64,000 nt of DNA from Balanoglossus misakiensis (Eukaryota; Animalia; Hemichordata), in contig CM082577.2 of NCBI GenBank assembly GCA_040954595.2, positions 12,619,654 to 12,683,653 of the forward strand. The letters run 5' to 3'. A program made the position numbers and the translations under genes. Shown in pieces: positions 1 through 12,127 of the stretch (position 1 is its first letter; each line of letters begins with the position of its first letter). The notes under the pieces were generated by a model. That model was given only the letters and a program-made list of their open reading frames with translations. It had not been told where the DNA came from and ran no database searches.

Positions 1-1319
1 TGGCCTTCACCTGGACGATTCACGCAGGGTAGTAAATATCAATACGAATTCTATTCTTTATAACAAAGGGAGCCGAAGACATTGTCCAAATGGCCTTCAC
101 CCGGACGATTCACTCAGGGTAGTTAAGATCAATACGCATACTATAATTACAATAACGAAAGTTCAAGACACTGCCCAAATGAGCTTCACCCGGACGAGTC
201 AGTCAGGGTAGTAAAGACCAAAAGGCATACTATAATTACAATTAAGAAAGCTGAAGATTTATCGTGGAGGTAGACCACGGTCCGACACGGTTTGACGTTT
301 GTGACTCACGACGTACGTTTTGCATCTTGTTGCGAGTTCATTTTCTCTTCTACTGACTCACCACATGTCAACCTGGCCATAGAGAATCGAGTGACGCAGA
401 TTGCCTGGCGCAAAATGACCGTACCGATGAACCCTGACCGAACCGTTACATGGCGCGTACTAGACATGTCGGAAACCCCTTTTCAGTAGAACAAAATGCT
501 TCCAAAGATTACAAAACGTGAAAACAATCTCTCAAATGGTCATATTACAATAATTGCTAAATCGCGGTTGAATTACATTAACAGTCAAACCATTTCACGC
601 GTACTTGGTGTTACAAGGTGTTTGCCAATGTCATTTGACTGCTACTGGTATAGACTTTGAAAGCGAACGGAAATATCAAATTCTCTGCGTTATCGCTGGG
701 TTTGGAAAACTATCGGCCGCTGTGCCATATTTCCGCCTGCATATTGATTTTTCGTAGGATGATGATTGTATGTCTCGTAACGCAGCTTTGTATACGTAGT
801 TATTACTCTCGTGAACTGCGAGAGTTGCATAGGGATGCCATATACACAAATGACGTTAAACTCTCGTGAGATTAGGCACGATTTCAGGCGGACGTCGTGT
901 CGTGTGTTGGCTATACGCGAAGTAAACGACAGTACTTGTATACGTACACTATTATGTCGCCGAGAAAGCAAGGTTACGGTTGAAAAACTAACCCATAGAA
1001 TCGTTTTTCCCTGTTTTGTGGGTGGCTAGAAAGAAAAACAATCCAAGCGTGAATCAACAGGTAACAGGCCGTTTCGGCGCTAAACCCTTTCGGCCCTAGT
1101 CGATTCGCCCCCCCCCCCTCCCCCCCTCCCCAATTTTCACGACCCAAGTCATTTCGGCCCGGACACTCAAGTTTTTCGGCACTTAGCGGCGCAGACCCCT
1201 AGCCCAACTAAACTTGGCTCTAGGTCCCCCGGGTACATACCCCTATTATAAGTGTAAGGAAAATACGATAAGCGAGTGAAACATAGCGTTGTTAGTGCCG
1301 AAACGAGTCGAAAACAAAC

Positions 1320-1364
1320 CTTAAGACCAGTGCCAAGCACTATAACGTCATATTCTTGGTCCAT
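1320..1364 (-). CDS. GDI: Rab GDP dissociation inhibitor first coding exon (MDQEYDVIVLGTGLK), copy in array
   Basis: 15 codons matching the conserved Rab GDI N-terminus (MDEEYDVIVLGTGL), followed by a GT donor after codon 15; tttgcag acceptor just upstream of the ATG. The rest of the gene is not in the window. Confidence 0.85.
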
Positions 1365-1458
1365 TTCTGCAAAGTATGGTCCCGGGTTTCCAGATGCAAT
1401 TGATACAGAGGTATTAAAAGTACAAGATATACTTAATATCGCTCCTTCAAACAATCAC

Positions 1459-1725
1459 AATGGCCTTCACCTGGACGATTCACGCAGGGTAGTAAATATC
1501 AATACGAATTCTATTCTTTATAACAAAGGGAGCCGAAGACATTGTCCAAATGGCCTTCACCCGGACGATTCACTCAGGGTAGTTAAGATCAATACGCATA
1601 CTATAATTACAATAACGAAAGTTCAAGACACTGCCCAAATGAGCTTCACCCGGACGAGTCAGTCAGGGTAGTAAAGACCAAAAGGCATACTATAATTACA
1701 ATTAAGAAAGCTGAAGATTTATCGT
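1459..1725. repeat. Three diverged ~90-bp subrepeats inside the array unit
   Basis: aatg(g/a)(c/g)cttcacc(t/c)ggacga...cagggtagt recurs at ~1459, ~1549 and ~1638 (also at 1-265). Confidence 0.85.
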
Positions 1726-2781
1726 GGAGGTAGACCACGGTCCGACACGGTTTGACGTTTGTGACTCACGACGTACGTTTTGCATCTTGTTGCGAGTTCA
1801 TTTTCTCTTCTACTGACTCACCACATGTCAACCTGGCCATAGAGAATCGAGTGACGCAGATTGCCTGGCGCAAAATGACCGTACCGATGAACCCTGACCG
1901 AACCGTTACATGGCGCATACTAGACATGTCGGAAACCCCTTTTCAGTAGAACAAAATGCTTCCAAAGATTACAAAACGTGAAAACAATCTCTCAAATGGT
2001 CATATTACAATAATTGCTAAATCGCGGTTGAATTACATTAACAGTCAAACCATTTCACGCGTACTTGGTGTTACAAGGTGTTTGCCAATGTCATTTGACT
2101 GCTACTGGTATAGACTTTGAAAGCGAACGGAAATATCAAATTCTCTGCGTTATCGCTGGGTTTGGAAAACTATCGGCCGCTGTGCCATATTTCCGCCTGC
2201 ATATTGATTTTTCGTAGGATGATGATTGTATGTCTCGTAACGCAGCTTTGTATACGTAGTTATTACTCTCGTGAACTGCGAGAGTTGCATAGGGATGCCA
2301 TATACACAAATGACGTTAAACTCTCGTGAGATTAGGCACGATTTCAGGCGGACGTCGTGTCGTGTGTTGGCTATACGCGAAGTAAACGACAGTACTTGTA
2401 TACGTACACTATTATGTCGCCGAGAAAGCAAGGTTACGGTTGAAAAACTAACCCATAGAATGGTTTTTCCCTGTTTTGTGGGTGGCTAGAAAGAAAAACA
2501 ATCCAAGCGTGAATCAACAGGTAACAGGCCGTTTCGGCGCTAAACCCTTTCGGCCCTAGTCGATTCGCCCCCCCCCCCCCTCCCCCCCTCCCCAATTTTC
2601 ACGACCCAAGTCATTTCGGCCCGGACACTCAAGTTTTTCGGCACTTAGCGGCGCAGACCCCTAGCCCAACTAAACTTGGCTCTAGGTCCCCCGGGTACAT
2701 ACCCCTATTATAAGTGTAAGGAAAATACGATAAGCGAGTGAAACATAGCGTTGTTAGTGCCGAAATGAGTCGAAAACAAAC

Positions 2782-2826
2782 CTTAAGACCAGTGCCAAGC
2801 ACTATAACGTCATATTCTTGATCCAT
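2782..2826 (-). CDS. GDI: Rab GDI first coding exon, second array copy
   Basis: Same peptide and splice sites as 1320-1364, with one synonymous change. Confidence 0.8.
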
Positions 2827-5800
2827 TTCTGCAAAGTATGGTCCCGGGTTTCCAGGGGCAATTGATACAGAGGTATTAAAAGTACAAGATATACTTAATA
2901 TCGCTCCTTCAAACAATCACAATGGCCTTCACCTGGACGATTCACGCAGGGTAGTTAAGATCAATACGCATACTATAATTACAATAACGAAAGTTCAAGA
3001 CACTGCCCAAATGAGCTTCACCCGGACGAGTCAGTCAGGGTAGTAAAGACCAAAAGGCATACTATAATTACAATTAAGAAAGCTGAAGATTTATCGTGGA
3101 GGTAGACCACGGTCCGACACGGTTTGACGTTTGTGACTCACGACGTACGTTTTGCATCTTGTTGCGAGTTCATTTTCTCTTCTACTGACTCACCACATGT
3201 CAACCTGGCCATAGAGAATCGAGTGACGCAGATTGCCTGGCGCAAAATGACCGTACCGATGAACCCTGACCGAACCGTTACATGGCGCATACTAGACATG
3301 TCGGAAACCCCTTTTCAGTAGAACAAAATGCTTCCAAAGATTACAAAACGTGAAAACAATCTCTCAAATGGTCATATTACAATAATTGCTAAATCGCGGT
3401 TGAATTACATTAACAGTCAAACCATTTCACGCGTACTTGGTGTTACAAGGTGTTTGCCAATGTCATTTGACTGCTACTGGTATAGACTTTGAAAGCGAAC
3501 GGAAATATCAAATTCTCTGCGTTATCGCTGGGTTTGGAAAACTATCGGCCGCTGTGCCATATTTCCGCCTGCATATTGATTTTTCGTAGGATGATGATTG
3601 TATGTCTCGTAACGCAGCTTTGTATACGTAGTTATTACTCTCGTGAACTGTGAGAGTTGCATAGGGATGCCATATACACAAATGACGTTAAACTCTCGTG
3701 AGATTAGGCACGATTTCAGGCGGACGTCGTGTCGTGTGTTGGCTATACGCGAAGTAAACGACAGTACTTGTATACGTACACTATTATATCGCCGAGAAAG
3801 CAAGGTTACGGTTGAAAAACTAACCCATAGAATGGTTTTTCCTTGTTTTATCGGTTGTTCGTGACAAATTTGGCACGATTTTTTTTTCGCCGCTTTGGTT
3901 TTCACTCCACAATTTTTCCAACTTGATGGCACTGTAACTTAGATCCAGGCTGGGGATACCTGAGGCCACCTTCATGCATTTTGGGCCAGGCGTGTCCAGG
4001 TTATGACTAGAGATGGATGGATGAATCCCACACCAAATCCTTCCCCAACCCCCACACACCGTGCTTGTTTCTGTCTACATAACATATGGTAAGTAACACT
4101 GTGTAAATAGTCCACTCATGAGTATGTCGTCGGGTCAAACAGTCATGCATAGTTCCCTTAAGAAATGGCGTATTGGATTATATAAAATCCGGGCTGATCC
4201 CCTGATCCAATATTCTCGGCCAGTACCATTCGCCTGTCATTTCGCTGAAATTGTTTCTGGCGATACTGACACGATACTTGAAACTCGCAATATTTCATGG
4301 GTATTCACATTGACAATCAGCTGAAGTTTCAGAGACGTGCGCGCGCGACTTGACTAATTGTAGATCAGGTGTTCCCCATGTTCGTCTGTCGCTATTGTCA
4401 CATCACCCCATTTCATCGGTGCCATGATTAGTTTAATGAGGGCATTTGCTCCCTCTGGGAAGGCATCCTATTAACCACTTGTTATGCATGTAATAATTAC
4501 AGAAACATGGCGGGAAAATATCGCCACGGTGATAAGATGCTGCTCACATCAAAACTGTTGACAGAATATTGGTCCGTTCGCAGCATGAGTATTAAACAGG
4601 TCAACAGCGAAACTATCCATTTAGTATTGCGGATAGCTTGATTTCAGTAGTGGTGCAGAATTTTATGTCACTTTTTGTACGCTTGCCATATGCTTTATAT
4701 ATACGATCCACAAAAATACGTATATTTTATATGGGTTCGATTGAGAAATATTTCATACATTCACAATGTAAGGGCGTTGGCGCTCTCCGAGACCCCAATA
4801 AAATTACTATTCACCAAAAATAGCTCTTCATCTCACAGTTCTCTTCTTTTAGTCAGTATTTCTACCTGTTATATGGTCATTTAGTCAATCTCCTGTCAAG
4901 CGGTCACTTCAAGCAGTTGCATGTCTGTAACGGTCGCTTCATATAACTGTTAAAAAGTAGTATAGTCCGAATACTTGTTTCTTTTGGCCCTTTGCGACCA
5001 CGCAAAGTGAAATTCTGCTGTCTTTTTTATTGTTTATTGCCGTAAAGAGGTGTACGTTAGGCGACCGACGCTCCCAGAATGTTAACAAGGTAATACACTA
5101 ATAGTTTTGCTCTTCAAATATCGCCATTCTTGTTTTTATTATCCACCCTGCACATATTGTGAAAATATTTTTACCACACCATACATCTATTTCTGCGCAG
5201 TTTGTAAATACTCTGTGCACAGTACCAGAGTGCTCACAGATGAGATGTGTGTGAATTCGGAGAGTTTTCCGCTGGTGAGTACTCATGACTATTGCAGTTT
5301 GTTTCAGTGATCTCTCGTATTTGTAGTGCTTCCGTTAAGGTATTTTCATAATTGTGTTAATGCAGGGCATTGTCTTGTCCAAATGCAGTCTAGTTCACAC
5401 ACCAAAGGGCCATGTTGTTCAGCTTTCATGTGAGCTGACTGTAATTGTTCTGTGACAATTGCCCAAATAGGTTGACTGTGCAGATTATACGATAATGTGG
5501 ATGCGATTTTAAGCCAGAATATATATTTAAATATCATGATATATACAAGAATGTACCTTTAAGAGTGGATCTTGCTTTCTTGTTATACAATTTGTCATTC
5601 GAAAGATGAGAGGACCTGTACAATAATCGGTATTAAACCACAAACTCTTTCATTGGGATACGGATTTTGGGTTGGTAATGTCATACATTGCCTTGTTTGC
5701 ACGTTACGCTTAATTAAATATTACCGCGTTCTATCATTTCGGCAAGGGCTAAAATTGCAATGGGCGCAATGTATTAATGTAGTCATAATTTCCATTACCC

Positions 5801-5937
5801 ATGCATAAGTTTCATCTCTGCCACACATCCCACAGGGTTTGCAAATACATGTACATAACCTCGAATGGTACAAGTGCAAAGCAATGTTCTATTCATTTCG
5901 ATTCTAGGACGCTTCGTGTTCCAAGAACCACAAAACC

Positions 5938-7085
5938 ATGAAAGTGTTTGTTTTCATATCTGCAATTTTGATCACCGAGGTTTATGCCGAGCAGGGCGAC
6001 GGGGCATTCCATTCCTCCGAATGGAAATGCTCACTTGCTAGTGTCAAAGTGTACGATGACGCCATATGGAACGTGTTTCTCACTCATGGCGTGGATTGCT
6101 TGGATGAAATGATGGAGTGGCCGTCGTTGCTCGCAGACAAAACCCCTTCGAAGATTTTTGAGATTTACCACGACATCGGTCCATTCATCGGTCCGTCACA
6201 TACCTTCAGGCTGATGTCGGTGGTAGTGGATCAAGTGGACACGATCGATCTGGTCTGTTCTTGTATATGTTTCAAGCACCTCCAAAGTTATGTCTTTATC
6301 AGATTTTACCTATCGCTCTTGTATTTCAACTTACTTCCTATCTCTACCCGCCCCTCAGTCTGTGTTTATCTGTTTTTCAGATTGCTTTTGTCACCGCCTT
6401 GTTATAAATCTTGAAATGAAATGGAAGTCTCACTTTTTTCCAGGGAAACTTGTTAGAGGAGGAATGGAACGATGAGTGTTTACACTGTGTAATGTACTAT
6501 TACGCGGGCGATATGTTAGAAGTGCTATGTGACCCAGTCAAAGTAAGTAAATGGGGTATATATAGAAGATATGTTATAGTCTGGTCCCCTGTCCCGTTAC
6601 CACCGCTGGCTGCGCTACGCTGAAGGGAAAGGGTCAGACACGGGCTTTTGTAAACATGGCTCTCATTGTCGTACGGAAATTGGAGGCATCCATCTTGCTT
6701 ATGATCACGTGGTCTTTGTTTCATTATGATAAACGGGCCATGTTTCTGGCCAAGATGGCGGGTCGTACCGTTTCTTCAATAAAACGTTAGGTGCACTGAC
6801 AATTCAGTCACCCAAATACATTTGCGTTTTACTTCCTATAGGTTTATATTGTCTATATCTCTTACTAACGTGAACCCATCCATCATCATACAATGTTCAT
6901 TTCTTTGTATTCTTAATGTATAAAAGTGTCCGGATCGCCTTACCAAGGGATTGTACTGGGGTCGACCTGAAGGCGCAACTGTGACATATTCCGGCCCTGT
7001 TGAATACTGTTTTTACCGTCGTGAGGGCGACACCGATCACTACTACTGCAAGAGCTATCATCCTGACAATCACATGGTTCCTTAG
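5938..7085 (+). CDS. Uncharacterised secreted protein, ~190 aa; exons 5938-6252, 6444-6542, 6927-7085
   Basis: Signal-peptide-like MKVFVFISAILITEVYA; acceptor and aaaaccATG context upstream; three phase-0 exons join in frame (…VDTIDL/GNLLEEEW…CDPVK/CPDRL…HMVP*). The first donor (GTCTGT) is weak. Confidence 0.7.
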
Positions 7086-7746
7086 AATGGTTACTAAGAC
7101 GTGGCTGCCACAATACAGCACTTGCATGTCTTACATCTTTAAATGCTCATTGTGGCCAATGTGAAGTGACTGCCATAGTGCAACCATATATTGTTGTGTA
7201 AACTTTCAGCAAAAACGTTTCAAACAAAACTTAGTATGTTTTTCCTGTTTATTTATTTCAAATGCCTTCGTACCTTGTATGTTCATTACAATGTATAGAT
7301 ATTCTACTTCTATTGATTTCAAACTTTGTGGACGTAGTTTCTTTCGATTGCCTTGGATGGCATTATAGCATGGAATCTAAATAAAGTTCTTCATTCTTTA
7401 TCACAAAAACATTTTCCTATCTCACGTGTATGGAAGCTATGGGTATGATTTAATGTTACTGCACGTGATATGCAAATGAACAGATAATTGTCATGACACA
7501 CATGTACCATCATTGCTGTCTGTAGACGTTTTCATCAAATTTGGTGCACTAATTTTCTGTATATGATATTCATATTATGTAGCCTCCCAAAGAGAACCAT
7601 GTAATAGAAAAAGTAAAACCCCGATAACTTCATTAATATGCAAACCCCGCCAACCAAAATCTAATGAGTTCTTGCCATTTTAAAAAAACTGATCCAGTGT
7701 ATCAACTTTGAATTGAATCCGGTCAACCGTTCTTGAGATATCGTAC

Positions 7747-7962
<216 letters not shown>

Positions 7963-8224
7963 CTTCATGACATAGTGACTATACCTGTTGTTAACCTACG
8001 TAGTGACGACACCATGAAGGAGTGGGTTTAGAGACATGAATTTTTTTCCAACAATTCGCATTTTTGGGCACACACTTTATTTTAGCTCTAAGTGGCTTTG
8101 TATTCAAACTGTACTCTGATTTCTGAAGTCGACTTGGTTTGACGTAGCACCGAGTTGTGATGACCTCAACCTGATTTTTGCTATCTTAGTGAGGGCTCCT
8201 GTCAAACCACCTTAGTGAGGGCAT

Positions 8225-8665
8225 GTGTGTACCTATGCTGGTTTTGCTATCTTTATGACGATTTGTGTGTCCACTTGTCTTGTTCTGCTATCAGTGTAAG
8301 GGCTTGTGTTGGTGTGTGTACCTATGCTGGTTTTGCTATCTTTGTGACAATTTGTGTGTCCACTTGTCTTGTTGTGCTATCAGTGTAAGGGCTTGTGTGG
8401 GTGAGTGTACCTATGCTGGTTTGCTATCTTTGTGACAATTTGTGCGTCCACTTGTCTTGTTCTGCTATCAGTGTAAGGGCTTGTGTTGGTGTGTGTACCT
8501 ATGCTGGTTTTGCTATCTTTGTGACAATTTGTGTGTTCACTTGTCTTGTTGTGCTATCAGTGTAAGGGCTTGTGTGGGTGAGTGTACCTATGCTGGTTTT
8601 GCTATCTTTGTGACAATTTGTGTGTCCACTTGTCTTGTTCTGCTATCAGTGGGGCTTGTGTGGGT
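8225..8665. repeat. ~89-bp minisatellite, ~5 copies
   Basis: gtacctatgctggtttt recurs at ~8229, 8318, 8407, 8495, 8584. Confidence 0.9.
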
Positions 8666-8692
8666 ATGGTATCAGGAAGCACAAATAATTAT

Positions 8693-9924
8693 ATATAATT
8701 CCCCCGTATTTCGAACGAGTGTGTCTGCGTCGCGGACGAGTGATTCCCCGTATAGCGGCCGTATCCCTCCGAGCCGCAGGCGAGGAGGGATACAGCTATA
8801 CGGGGAATCACGAGTTCGCGACGCAGACACACGAGTGAGGAATGCGGGGGAATTATATGTTTATCACATACATAGACCAAGTTTCCATGAAATTGAGTTT
8901 CATTGTGAATTTAAAACATTTCAGCGAAAGAAAGATAGCACTATTTTAAAAGGATCGACATATCATGTTATGCGGTCGGGGTCCCGTGTCGGGGTCACAC
9001 GCAAACGGACATTAAACCGCGATCAGCTGTTAGTAATAACGGGCCCAAAGGTTAAGTTTATCGTGCTATTTCTGAGTGAAATCCGACGAAATATGAGACA
9101 CAAGAGGTATCACTTCACCTGACGATATTTTTGGTAGGTAAATATGGATAAATACACTGATAACACGGCGAATTTAAGAAAACTACGTGAACGTTACTTG
9201 GATTGAAAGCGCGCGGCCCCATTGTTTACAACACCGGACATTTTATAACGGGTCGAACAACATTGACTTTTCGAATAGAAATTGCAAGCAGCATATCAAT
9301 TTCAAATTTGTGAAACACTTTAGCAATAAAATCATTGTTAAATATTTACATTGAAGACGTGTCGGTTTAAAATCTAAATGCAAACTTTTATCCAAGATTC
9401 ACTGAGAAACCGATAAACATCATGTATCTGGAACATTGAAAACAACAATAGTTCGTGGTGAATTGATGTCAAATTTACTGTAAATGCTGGGAAATGACAA
9501 GAATAAATTGGTTTTTCTCCTACTACATTTATGTCCTGAGAAATGTCGTTGCTACTGCCTAAAATAAAACATGGTCATCGCTCGCCTGCTCGACTCGACC
9601 TGTTGACTGGCTGCAAGCTGCTGGTGTTGTGCTGCTCGATGCTCCAGCGATGTCGATCGTGACGTTTAACTTGCAATTTTACATGCTCATTTTACATTTA
9701 AAACATGTGCTTTATTACCCCATATTTCCCTGTGCTTCATAAGTCTCCCACTTTTGGGATTCGGACATATTTCTGATCGAGAACGGGTGATTTTTTGTTT
9801 GTTTACATAAAGAAAATAGTCCGGGCATCCATATTCAACACATGTGTAATAAGGATTCGTCGAGGTCATATACCTGTAGTGTGACGTCACACTATAGGGA
9901 TAACTTGGTCTATGTATGTGATAA
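8693..9924. mobile_element. Non-autonomous DNA element: 166-bp terminal palindrome plus 23-bp perfect inverted repeats
   Basis: Palindrome 8693-8858 (ATATAATTCCCCC…GGGGGAATTATAT); TTATCACATACATAGACCAAGTT at 8861-8883 is inverted at 9902-9924. Confidence 0.7.
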
Positions 9925-10469
9925 GGGAGATTATATTATATCATGCTTGCGACTTAAAAGCTGTGGTTAATGCTTTTTTAGATAATAGTAAGCCACAAAA
10001 AAGTGCCGGATTATTCTGTGGGGGCAATCTTAGTTCTCGTGCAACCCAGTACGATAGGCCTAGCATCTTGATCGCATAATTAGTAGACATAACATTTCCC
10101 GAACTTCGGTTCATACCAGGGTACATGCAGGTATTCAGGGGTTAAAAACACACCGGGTACAGTGTAGAGTACGATAAGCAGAGAACAACCATGTTATGTT
10201 TCGTACCCATAAATGAAAGAAGATTTATGTCTATCAAGAGATTAACAATATAAAGCGGCCGCCTTCGCCAGATTTTTCATTGTACAGACAGACGACCATC
10301 CACTGAAAACCTCAGGTAAGTATAGGTCATATATGCCGAGCATTGATTTTCTTGCTGAATGCGCCTGCTGTACTTATTAAACGTTTTAAAGACCCATTAG
10401 CTATTATATCTTTGGCTATGTTTTCAGCGCACAGTTTTGTTTTGTGTATTAACTAAAGTTTCTTGTTCA

Positions 10470-10690
10470 AATTCCTGAACATGATGAAATGTCCAGCATT
10501 AAAATTATCAAAACAACATATATATGTATAGTCAGCATTGTTATTGCGCCAAAATTTGAATTCAAGTCCGGACTAGAATTCATTTGCCGACAATGGCCGT
10601 CATACACAAACAGGCTATGTTGACAAGCGGGGTACCGGGGATATTAGCATGTTGTTTGTGAGTAGAACAAGCTTGTATTTGGAACACAAA
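10470..10690. repeat. Dispersed repeat, second copy at ~61240-61480
   Basis: Shared tatagtcagcattgttattg…aagtccggactagaattcatttg…caggctatgttgacaag. Confidence 0.8.
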
Positions 10691-11132
10691 ACAAAAATAG
10701 TGAAAACAACAACAAAAGTTACAGCTAATGTCCGTTTAATTACTGTCAAAAGCAAATATTAGCAAAACTCCAAAAGCTCTTGTGCTCCAGGTGTGGATGA
10801 AACGTATTTTGTCGATTGTGGGAGCATTGAGCAACAGACAGTCTATTGCAAAAATACTGGCAGTCTTGCTGTAAAATACATGTATATAAGAAGGCATTTA
10901 CTGCTCAAATGTACAGTGCACCGTAACCGATACCTGGGTCATGCATGATTAGTCTCTTGGCTACAACAGAACAGTGAACATCCTGGTTTCTTCTTGTTCT
11001 TCAAAATGGCCGCTCACACAATTTAACTCACACAAAAAAGCTGTGAATGGTTTTGAAAACTATCATTTTCCCCGAGAATCTGTCACATACAACCCAAGCT
11101 GAACCCCTGTCGTGTGCTACCTTCTTTCTAAG

Positions 11133-11990
11133 GTACCATGTGAAGCAAAAGAGACCTAACGTATTCGTTTGTGAGTTTCACCGACGGTTTGTCCATCGCC
11201 GACCAGAAAGGCGCCATTGCGCGGGCTTTCAAACATTGGAGTGACGTCTCACCGCTGACGTTCACTGAAGTACCAGATAGCAATGGCGACATTTGATAGA
11301 ATTTGCAGACGACATCCATAGTGACGGTATACATGCACGCTTTGATGAACCAGGTAAGACTGGTTACTTGAATATCAAACTTCATCCACACTTGATTTAT
11401 GTAACTAACTAACTATTTACTAACTTACTAGTATAACCGTTTTTTTTTCTTCAGGTGGCGTTTTGGCGCATGTGTATTTCCCAGAATCAGGCGACGTCCA
11501 CTTTGACGATGCGGAAACATTTACAGTGGACTCTTATGAGGGCATCAATCTCGACTTCGTGGCAGCCCATGAGTTCGGCCATAGTCTCGGACTTGCCCAT
11601 TCTTCCGTTCCTTGTGCCCTGATGGCGCCCTTCTATCGTGGATATGATCCCGATTTTACTCTACCACAGGATGACATCTCTGGAATCCAAGCCCTCTATG
11701 GTGTGTTTCTTTTAATAGATTTACATTCCTTGTCTCTGTCTTTGGGTCTTTCTGTCTATCTGCCTGTTTCTCTTTCTCTCTCTCCCTCCCTCCCCCTCCC
11801 CCTCTCTTTCCTTCCCCCTCTCTCTCCCTCTCTCTCTCTCTATAACCCAATTTTGTGTTATGATATGTATATTTTGTAACGGCATTAACATCACATTATT
11901 TCTGTCCTATGTTTACAATAGGAGAACCCGTCCGTACCACTCCAACCGATCCAACTATTGCCATGACAACAAATATACCAGGGTCTCGCG
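11133..11990 (+). pseudogene. Matrix metalloproteinase (M10A) catalytic-domain pseudogene; exons 11133-11353, 11455-11700, 11922-~11990
   Basis: [42 protein letters not shown], zinc motif [11 protein letters not shown], Met-turn ALMAP; in-frame TGA at 11141 (Trp position) and a frameshift near 11293. Confidence 0.88.
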
Positions 11991-12127
11991 GAGTTCGAGA
12001 TTGGGCTATTGCGCATTACCAATACCCGATTCCTGAATTCATGGCAAAATCACCGATGGTATATCTATGCGCCAATTGATTTTTTCCCCGGTGTTGTTTT
12101 TATGATGGACTCGTTTGAAAATCCATG

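Larger units (their letters stand above)
1..3848. repeat. Tandem array of ~1460-bp units (>=2.6 units, runs off the left window edge)
   Basis: TGGCCTTCACCTGGACGATT recurs at 1, 1461 and ~2923; the ORF track repeats at the same period; unit 3 lacks one internal ~90-bp subrepeat; homology ends at ~3848. Confidence 0.95.

Noticed and set aside
1-265. ~90-bp subrepeats as a CRISPR array or ribozymes
   Set aside because: The inter-repeat segments are homologous to each other rather than unique spacers, the context is eukaryotic, there are no cas genes, and there is no CUGANGA/GAAA core.
8442-9122. 226-aa ORF
   Set aside because: Spans a minisatellite and a palindrome; no protein motifs.
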